A stretch of 6,876 nt of DNA. Origin: Paraspadella gotoi (taxonomy: Eukaryota; Animalia; Chaetognatha). The position numbers were made by a program, and so were the translations under genes. Below the pieces are notes generated by a model, which ran no database searches, was not told the origin of the DNA, and was given only the letters and a program-made list of their open reading frames with translations. Shown one piece after another: positions 1 to 6,876 of this stretch. The stretch is taken from NCBI GenBank assembly GCA_051294375.1, contig JBJCIZ010000246.1, positions 1-6,876 of the forward strand. Direction: 5' to 3'. Numbering within the stretch: position 1 is the first letter of the stretch; every line of letters begins with the position of its first letter.

Positions 1-146
1 CGTCTCTATCTCTTCCTTTTTCTCACCTTTGACCCCAACTAACCCTTCTCCATTCCTCACCTACCCTTCTCCCCCCCACCCACCTCATGGAACTCACCTC
101 CTGCTGCGCCACCTTATAACCCGCTCGCTCTTTATTCTCGCACCCT

Positions 147-180
147 GACAGACCGACAGACAGACAGACAGACAGACAGA
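147..180. repeat. (GACA)n microsatellite
   Basis: About 8 GACA units with one variant (gacc). Confidence 0.95.
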
Positions 181-245
181 AAGACTTTCTCGCGAATATC
201 GACCTTCTCGCATAGGAATATTTTATTGTCAATTGCTCGCGGCTA

Positions 246-247
<2 letters not shown>

Positions 248-320
<73 letters not shown>
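248..320. repeat. (CT)n microsatellite
   Basis: Near-perfect CT tract with one interruption. Confidence 0.97.
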
Positions 321-321
<1 letters not shown>

Positions 322-652
322 AGACATTAGTTTTAAAGAAACGCCAATGTCGTTGCGCCCAAAAAATTATAATTTAGAAAATCAAATTCTTTGGACTCGA
401 GATCCATACAACAATCGCAATAATATCGCACTCGACCCGTGCAATCCTCTATCTGGCCATCAACGGCGTCGTTGCATCGACATTCCATCAGCATTGCTGA
501 TTCAGCAGGGTTTTGTCGACGGTGTTGCATCAGTATTGCATTGCGAGATTGCAGCAGCGTATCAGCGAGATTGCAGTTTCATTCCTCGCATCCTCGCGGC
601 CGTCCAGCAATGACGCGCAACCAGCCCCACTACCCTCTCCGCAAGTAGCTCG

Positions 653-807
653 TCAAAAGTTCCTTTGTCCGTGCAGCCTGGCGCCGGTGATGGACTCCAA
701 GATCGCCAACATCCTGTCCCCGATCATGAGCGCCGTGTACATCCAGATGATCATGAAGCGAGCGAATTGGAGGAGGAAGGCGCCGGGGAGCTCGGCGATG
801 TGGTGAT
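653..807 (-). CDS. Exon 3, last coding exon (DHHIAELPGAFLLQFARFMIIWMYTALMIGDRMLAILESITGARLHGQRNF*); third TM-like segment
   Basis: Long pyrimidine tract plus TTCCCCAG| acceptor (810-808). The phase-1 junction G+AT gives Asp and keeps the frame. Strong GC3 bias; stop TGA at 655-653. The spliced product is 118 aa. Confidence 0.85.
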
Positions 808-1267
808 CTGGGGAAGGTGGGGGGGTTGGGGGAAATGATGATGGAGAAATGATGGAGAAATTGGAAATTGAGAAACTTCTTCTATCAAATATAATATGTT
901 CGGAACTGAGAAAGAAGAAGAAACTTATATGAATAAAAATAGTGAGAGGGAAGAGACTTTTGTGAAGCAAGTTATGTGAACCTAAACATTTTTTTTTCAT
1001 TTCATGTTTGCACCTTAGAGGAAAGACAGAAGTCTTCGAAGTACTGTGCTAATTCATTATGAATAAATTATAATTTCTACTAAGTTCCAATTGTTTTCTT
1101 CTGGTTTGCAAAGACCGATTCTATTCTTACCAATCAATTGAATCTAATCCTGCCAGAATCATGACTTTAACCATAAATTTTATGTTAAATAACGTTAAAC
1201 TGAAAAGGCAAAGCGTGGAATCGATGGGTTCCGTCCTTAACTTACCCACAGTTTCTCCCTCGCTTAC

Positions 1268-1415
1268 CCACGAGATAGGAAATCCCGAAATCGATCCCCA
1301 ACGCGACCCAGAAACAAGACCAACTCTTGATGCCATCTTCGTGTCGTCGAAGGAAAACGATGATGGTGCAGAAGGCGGCAAAGGAGAGACCGATGATGGC
1401 GACCCAATGGATCAC
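1268..1415 (-). CDS. Exon 2 (VIHWVAIIGLSFAAFCTIIVFLRRHEDGIKSWSCFWVALGIDFGISYLV); two hydrophobic TM-like segments
   Basis: Pyrimidine tract plus CCATCCAG| acceptor (1418-1416) and donor GTGG|GTAAGC (1267-1262). Length is 148 nt (49 codons + 1). It is a GC-rich island in AT-rich DNA with many C/G-ending codons. Confidence 0.85.
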
Positions 1416-1578
1416 CTGGATGGCAAAAAGGGGGGGGAGGAGTTGTGAAAATGTTGCCGTGATTTTGGACATATTACTTCGATACATATATTTACTATTT
1501 CGAGGCAAGATCCCAATTTCAAATCGAGACCGCAACGAAATCGGGATCATTGCAACGGCTACGACCATCTGAACTGAC

Positions 1579-1632
1579 CTGAACGACGACCCGGTTGACT
1601 TTCGCCACTGACTCCGGCACCTGTATCGCCAT
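1579..1632 (-). CDS. Exon 1 of a small multi-pass membrane protein gene (MAIQVPESVAKVNRVVVQ)
   Basis: On the minus strand, gacgATGG at 1632 has a good Kozak context. There are 18 codons, then a donor CAG|GTCAGT at 1579/1578 in phase 0, matching the phase-0 start of exon 2. Alternatively this is an internal exon starting at 1620 after ATACAG|. Confidence 0.7.
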
Positions 1633-1748
1633 CGTCGGGCAGGTGCAGGCAGGGCGGGCAGGCCCAGTCAAAAAAACATATAAAAAAAATAAATAAAAAT
1701 TTAAACTCTATTCGAGCCACCGGAGGCTAAAGCGAGATTTTAAAGTAA

Positions 1749-1885
1749 TCTAAGTCCAACGATTTTTTTTATCTTCTTTTTACCTAATCAACTATCGAAC
1801 TATCAAGTAATCTAATCTAATCTAATCTATTCTAAGTCCAAATAATATTTTTCTATTCTTTTTAACTAATCAACTCTCGAACTAT
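1749..1885. repeat. Two-copy ~55-bp direct repeat (period ~82 bp) separated by (TCTAA)n
   Basis: tctaagtccaa...taatcaactatcgaactat (1749-1803) recurs as tctaagtccaa...taatcaactctcgaactat (1831-1885). taatctaatctaatctaatcta lies between the copies. Confidence 0.8.
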
Positions 1886-1959
1886 TTTGTATAGAAAATT
1901 AGGGGTAATTTTCTTAGTTCGCCTCTTTTTATCTTAAATCGAAATATAATTATTTCTTG

Positions 1960-2110
1960 TTTAAGATTAAGTAGGAGTTAGGGATAAGATTTTAGGTAAA
2001 ATAGGGTTAGGAATTTGGATTTAGAGACACTATGGATTAGGATTAGAGACACTAGGGATTAGGAGGGTTTAAAGATATCTAGCAGGTTTGGGTATGGTTT
2101 TAGGGTAAGG
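1960..2110 (+). repeat. Degenerate TTAGG(G)/TTAGA-like tract with a duplicated ttagagacacta-ggattagga unit
   Basis: Contains gttaggga, tttaggt, atagggttagg, ggattagg and tttagggt. ttagagacacta occurs at 2021 and again at 2043. Confidence 0.55.
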
Positions 2111-2260
2111 TTTCTAGGTTGGTTGGCGACTTCGCCATGGGCGATATCGCAGGCTTTGGCGATGTCGCCAGTCCCCCACTGTGCGACCTCGCAGTGATAA
2201 AAAGTTAGCGAATATAATGAAAAACGCAGCTAACAGCGGATGAGCATCACCTTCAGGCTC

Positions 2261-2897
2261 CTCTCCCAACCCTAAACCCTAAACCAAACCTTCCCGTTCA
2301 CACTCTGTGCCTCTCCCCCTACCCTAACCCGGGCCCTGGGCCTCCCGTACATCTCCATGCCTCAACCTAACCCTAACGCCTTTGATGCATCAACCACGGG
2401 GCCCCTCCCCCAACCCTAACCCTAAAACCAAGCCTTCCGGATCAACCTCTGTGCCTCTCCCCTATACCCTAACCAGGCCGCCTTCCGTACATCTCCGTGC
2501 CTCAACCCTAACCCTAACGCCTTCGATGCATCAACCATGGGTCCCTCCCGCCAACCCTAACCAAAACCAAGCCTCCCGCTTCAACTTCCCATGCCTCTCC
2601 CCTAGGCAACCTAAACCAGGCCCGGCTCCCGTAACATCTCCTTACCTCCAACCCTAACCTAATGCCTTCGATAATAACCCACGCCTCTCTCCCAACCCTA
2701 ACCCTAAAACCGGCCAGGCCTCCCGTACATCTAACCGCTACCTTCAAACCCTAACCCTAATTGCCTTCGATATAATAACCCACGGGCCTCTCTCCCAACC
2801 CTAACCCTAAACGGGCCAGGGCCTCCCGTACAATCCTCCCTGCTTTTTTCCAAAACCCCTAACCCTAACGCGGCCTCTTTGGTCATCAACAACACAC
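2261..2897 (+). repeat. Higher-order tandem repeat, left arm: three ~140-bp and two ~100-bp units built from ~47-bp subunits containing (CCCTAA)2
   Basis: Units start at about 2261, 2402, 2542, 2684 and 2787. Recurring motifs are cctcccgtacatctccgtgcctcaaccctaaccctaa and gccttcgat. Confidence 0.85.
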
Positions 2898-2954
2898 CTT
2901 CCCTACCCCTATCCTAAAGACATTAATAATAAGCCTAAAATAAACATAACTTAG

Positions 2955-3068
2955 ATCAACCCTAACCCTAACCCTGAAATACTCAACCCTAACCCTAAAC
3001 TACTCAACCCTAACCCTAACTACTACCTACTCAGACCACCTAAACCAACTCAACCTAACCCTAACTAA
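2955..3068 (+). repeat. Interstitial telomere-like array, ~19-bp unit (tactcaaccctaaccctaa)
   Basis: tcaaccctaaccctaaccctgaaatactcaaccctaaccctaaactactcaaccctaaccctaac. Confidence 0.85.
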
Positions 3069-3237
3069 CTGAGTTTATTTTGAGTCGAGAAATCGCATTA
3101 ACTAGAACGCATGATGGTAGTTCAGTGCGAAACGCCAATCGCGACTTAGCCTAGACGCCCCCGCCATTTGGCCGATTTAGCTGTGAACTACATACTAGCG
3201 TTCTATTATGGCAATGTTCGCCTAAAATAACTCAGAT

Positions 3238-3362
3238 GGGTTAGGTTTAGGGTGGTTAGTTGGTTTAGGGTAGGGTGAGTAGAGTAGTAGGGTTAGGGTA
3301 GTTAGTAGTTGAGGGTTAGCTTGGTTGAGTTTAGTTTGGTTAGGGTTAGGCGTTGAGTTAGT
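3238..3362 (-). repeat. Mirror telomere-like array (TTAGGG / GTTGAGTAG variants)
   Basis: Reverse-complement counterpart of 2955-3068, noisier. Confidence 0.8.
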
Positions 3363-3424
3363 TATGTTTATTTTAGGCTTATTATTAATGTCGAATTTTC
3401 AGGAGATAGGGTAGGGAGGTGTAT

Positions 3425-4035
3425 GTGGTGATGACCAAGCAGGCCCGCGTTATAGGGTTAGAGGTTGAGGCACGGAGATGTACGGGAGCCTGGGCCGTTT
3501 AGCGTTAGGTTGGGAGAGAGGCCCGTGGATATATATCGAAGGATTGGGTTAGGGTGAGGTTACGGAGATGTACGGAGGCCTGGGCCCGGTTTAGGGTTTA
3601 GGGTTGAGCGAGAGAGGGCCCCGTGCGGTATATACTCGAAGCAATTAGGTGTAAGGGTTGAGGTACGGAGATGTACGGAGCCGGGCCTGGTTAGGGTTAG
3701 GGGTAAGGCATGGATGTTGAACGGAGAGGCTTGGTTTGTGTTAGGTGCGGAGGGACCCATGGTTGACTGCATCGAGGGCGCGTTAAGGGGTAGGGTTGAG
3801 GCACGGAGATGTACGGGAGGCATGAGCCCTGGGTTAGGGTTAGGGGCAGAGGCACAGAGTGAACGGAAGCTTGCGTTTAGGGTTAGGGTTGGGAGAGGGG
3901 CCCGTGGTTAGCATCAAAGGCGGTTAGGTTTAGGGGTTGAGCATGGAGATGTACGGAGGCCAGGCCCGGGTTAGGGTTAGGGGAGAGCACAGAGTTGAAC
4001 GGGAGGTTTGGTTTGAGGGTTTAGGGTTGGCGAGA
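3425..4035 (-). repeat. Higher-order tandem repeat, right arm (mirror of 2261-2897)
   Basis: Five copies of ggagatgtacgg, each preceded by a ttagggttgagg-like motif, in mirror order to the left arm. Confidence 0.85.
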
Positions 4036-4727
4036 GTGAGCCTGAAGGTGATGCTCATCCCCGTGAGGTGCGTTTTTCATTATATTCGCTACTGTTATCA
4101 CTGGCGAGGTCGCCAGTGGGGGAAACTGCGACATCGCCAAAGCCCTGGCGATATCGCCATGGCCGAAGCGCCAACAACTAGAACCACACCTGCAACTCGG
4201 TGCGTGAATCGCCGGCGAACATGCTATTTGAATTTGGGAAACTACAATAGGTTCAGACGAAGTCAGGGTGAGCATCAAGGTTTAAGGATTTAGGTTACAT
4301 TTAGGTTAACATAAGTTTGTAGAGATTAAAAATAAAAATATGCTTAAGTATTTAATGCAAAGAAAAGCGGCTTTGGGAATAAAGCCGAAAATTCAATGTT
4401 AATGAACTGTATTTTTAAATAAAAATCTAGAAAAAATAAGTTTATCATTAGCCATATTAAATTAACTTATTCCGCGTAGCTTCCAGTTTTCTAGGGAACT
4501 TAAAACTGCGTCGCGACGCGGTCAAAAATTAAATTCATCGACAAAAAAGAAAAAAGAAAAAAGAAAAGAATTCTTTTTTTTTAAATTTTTTTCGTCTTCA
4601 CTCACTTCTTTTCACACGTAAAACAAGAAGGCACCATAAAGAATTCGCGCCATAAAAAATCCCGCCACCATGAAGAATATGTTTTTCCTCTGATTGTAAT
4701 TATGACATTCGGTGAGAAGGAGGAATG

Positions 4728-4805
4728 GAGAGAGAGAGAGAGGAGAGAGAAGAGAGACGAGAGAAGAGAGAGTAGAGAGAGAGAAGAGAGAGAGAGAGAG
4801 AGAAG
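4728..4805. repeat. Interrupted (GA)n microsatellite
   Basis: GA tract with single-base interruptions. Confidence 0.92.
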
Positions 4806-5545
4806 ATGACTTTTTTAATATTTCAAAGAAGCCCAAAATAAAAAACCGTGATGTGAAAGCCTGATTATTTTTTCTTGTCTAGAGATTTTGAGGAAAAACG
4901 CGGGAAGTTAATTCGCCGGGGAATGCATAAGGAAAAACTTTGTCAAACAAGAAGACATAAAATTTTAACTTAACCGGAAATTTACCATTGAGACATTCTA
5001 AAAATATCGATCCTACTTCATTGACAGGGAGCCTTGGGTACTCTGGAATGAGAGAATCTTGATTAAAAGCTTCAGGGTCTGCGCTGCTTTAATTATCTTA
5101 TAAGAGGATGAGAGCCACTTTTAGGCTTGTCCAAAGTCCAAACTAGCTTCTTTAATAAATAAATGATAAATTCTTACATTGGTTTCACCTATTTGATACA
5201 AATTTTGTTTCTGCGTTTTTTTATGGTAGATTTGTGTTTCGAAAAATTGTTTTTTCAAAGTTATCATTTTTATTAAGCAAGAAAATTGAATTACTTATTC
5301 ATCAAAAAAGTGGGTTTTCATCTAATTAAAAAAAATCTTAAATTACGCAGACCAAAAGACTCTCAAATTACCTAAGATGAAAACAAAAGGGCCCTTCTTT
5401 AATATTGTCGCTTCAAATTAAGGGGGAAATTTAAAGCAGGATATAATTGAAAACATAAAAACTGAAAAAAAATATCGATTTTGTTCGGCGAAACAAAAAT
5501 TAGCCTTATTTCGGAGAACAAAGGAAACTCGTTAAAAATAAGAAG

Positions 5546-5551
5546 GAGAGA

Positions 5552-5637
<86 letters not shown>
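5546..5637. repeat. (GA)n microsatellite
   Basis: About 90-bp GA tract with few interruptions. Confidence 0.96.
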
Positions 5638-5819
5638 AAAGATTCTTAAAGCACTGGATGCTGGTTCATTTCTCGCCATATTTTTTTTAAAGTTCTTGCT
5701 TGTCTCTTGATTGGTTGCTTTTTTTCCCTGTCTTTTGTTCAGGCGAAACTTCTAAAGCTCTTCGTTTTCTGAGAAAAGATGGATAGACTATTTCGTAGAC
5801 GAACGCTATGACCCGACAG

Positions 5820-5839
5820 ACAATAACAATAACAATAAC
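5820..5839. repeat. (ACAATA)3 short tandem repeat
   Basis: acaataacaataacaataac. Confidence 0.8.
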
Positions 5840-6015
5840 GTAAACGAGAAAGAATGTAGAAAGATATGAATCTTGTATATTTGCCGGTGGATATATTTCG
5901 ATGAATGTTGGTCATATTGGTAAAAAAGAAGGAAGAAACAAGTTTCTCTCGTGGGAGGAGAACTGAGGTCGAGCAAAAGGTCAAGAATCAGTTTTTATCA
6001 TAGAAAGTGAAGAGG

Positions 6016-6414
6016 NNNNNNNNNNNNNNNNNNNNNNNNNNNNNNNNNNNNNNNNNNNNNNNNNNNNNNNNNNNNNNNNNNNNNNNNNNNNNNNNNNNNN
6101 NNNNNNNNNNNNNNNNNNNNNNNNNNNNNNNNNNNNNNNNNNNNNNNNNNNNNNNNNNNNNNNNNNNNNNNNNNNNNNNNNNNNNNNNNNNNNNNNNNNN
6201 NNNNNNNNNNNNNNNNNNNNNNNNNNNNNNNNNNNNNNNNNNNNNNNNNNNNNNNNNNNNNNNNNNNNNNNNNNNNNNNNNNNNNNNNNNNNNNNNNNNN
6301 NNNNNNNNNNNNNNNNNNNNNNNNNNNNNNNNNNNNNNNNNNNNNNNNNNNNNNNNNNNNNNNNNNNNNNNNNNNNNNNNNNNNNNNNNNNNNNNNNNNN
6401 NNNNNNNNNNNNNN
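6016..6414. other. N run (assembly gap or hard mask), 399 nt
   Basis: Continuous Ns flanked by purine-rich low-complexity sequence. Confidence 0.98.
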
Positions 6415-6506
6415 AAGAAAAAAAGGAAAAAGAGGAAAGATAAGGAAAAGGAGGCAAAAAAAGGAAAAGGAGACAAAAAATGAAAAGGAGGCAAAAAATG
6501 AAAGGG
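6415..6506. repeat. A/G-rich low-complexity repeat (gaaaaggaggcaaaaaa-like units)
   Basis: Three aaaaggagRcaaaaaa units between the N runs. Confidence 0.8.
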
Positions 6507-6735
6507 NNNNNNNNNNNNNNNNNNNNNNNNNNNNNNNNNNNNNNNNNNNNNNNNNNNNNNNNNNNNNNNNNNNNNNNNNNNNNNNNNNNNNNNNNNNNNN
6601 NNNNNNNNNNNNNNNNNNNNNNNNNNNNNNNNNNNNNNNNNNNNNNNNNNNNNNNNNNNNNNNNNNNNNNNNNNNNNNNNNNNNNNNNNNNNNNNNNNNN
6701 NNNNNNNNNNNNNNNNNNNNNNNNNNNNNNNNNNN
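6507..6735. other. N run (assembly gap or hard mask), 229 nt
   Basis: Continuous Ns. Confidence 0.98.
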
Positions 6736-6876
6736 AAAAGAAAAAAAGGAAAGAAAAGGAAAATGAAGAAAAAATTAAAGATACTACGAAAAACAAGTAA
6801 AGACTTATTTTGTAATGTTTAATGTTTCGTCGTTGATTGTAAGTAGAGGAGAAAAATGATGGACGCTATCTTCACG

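Larger units (their letters stand above)
2109..4185. mobile_element. ~2.08-kb spacerless palindrome; foldback-type or head-to-head Helitron-like non-autonomous element (classification tentative)
   Basis: 2109-3150 aligns by eye along its whole length to the reverse complement of 3151-4185. Example: gatgagcatcaccttcaggctc (2239-2260) vs gagcctgaaggtgatgctcatc (~4038-4059). Example: attaataataagcctaaaataaacataact (~2922-2951) vs agttatgtttattttaggcttattattaat (~3360-3389). Symmetry stops a few bases outside CTAG at 2114-2117 and 4178-4181. No credible ORF and no target-site duplication seen. The palindrome is certain; the element class is inferred. Confidence 0.7.

Noticed and set aside
92-120. 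Minus-strand donor GAG|GTGAGT (97-92) with a nearby TATAA
   Set aside because: It may mark a non-coding exon, but it lies at the window edge with no supporting partner.
610-806. Plus-strand mini-gene MTRNQPHYPLRN/LAPVMDSKIANILSPIM...W with a 32-nt GT-AG intron (645-676)
   Set aside because: Its third codon positions coincide with those of the minus-strand exon, so the GC3 bias is a shadow. The donor is weak and the intron very short, while the minus model has three phase-consistent exons.
2200-2260. Hammerhead ribozyme of a Penelope-like or terminon repeat
   Set aside because: I could not find a CTGANGA...GAAA core with flanking stems on either strand by eye. An Infernal search would be decisive.
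2261-2897. CRISPR-like repeat-spacer array
   Set aside because: The spacers are homologous to each other, the context is eukaryotic and there are no cas genes.
2955-3362. Telomere-telomere fusion scar or true chromosome end
   Set aside because: The orientation is CCCTAA then TTAGGG, whereas a fusion gives the reverse. The repeats are short doublets, not long pure tracts.
2382-4293. ORFs within the palindrome (PNPNP, RVRVR and LGLG-rich)
   Set aside because: These are translations of CCCTAA/TTAGGG repeats. They are not preserved between the arms and show no transposase or Rep motifs.
4664-4693. Perfect Kozak GCCACCATG on the plus strand
   Set aside because: The ORF is only 7 codons and has no donor before the stop.
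4460-4913. Short inverted match aattaacttattccgcgt (~4460) / acgcgggaagttaatt (~4898) as MITE TIRs
   Set aside because: Short, gapped, does not extend convincingly and has no TSD.
5715-5790. Strong plus-strand splice acceptor (pyrimidine tract + TTCAG at ~5742)
   Set aside because: All three frames stop within 45 nt, and I found no partner exon.
5481-6800. ERER, lysine-rich and X-containing ORFs
   Set aside because: Artefacts of (GA)n, A-rich low complexity and N runs.

Overview
Eukaryotic (probably animal) genomic DNA with long (CT)n/(GA)n microsatellites and two N runs. Two things stand out. (1) A three-exon minus-strand gene that the ORF track shows only as fragments: join(1632..1579, 1415..1268, 807..653). 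It has canonical GT-AG sites and matching phases, and encodes a 118-aa small multi-pass membrane protein that I cannot assign to a family. (2) A ~2.08-kb non-coding palindrome (about 2109-4185, centre ~3150, essentially no spacer). From the outside in, each arm carries a CTAG end, four TGGCGA-NN-TCGCCA mini-palindromes, a higher-order tandem repeat of ~47-bp subunits each holding a (CCCTAA)2 telomeric doublet, a ~19-bp telomere-like array and a ~85-bp unique core. It looks like a foldback or head-to-head Helitron-like non-autonomous element, but the arms differ mostly by single-base indels, so a long-read or assembly origin must be excluded.
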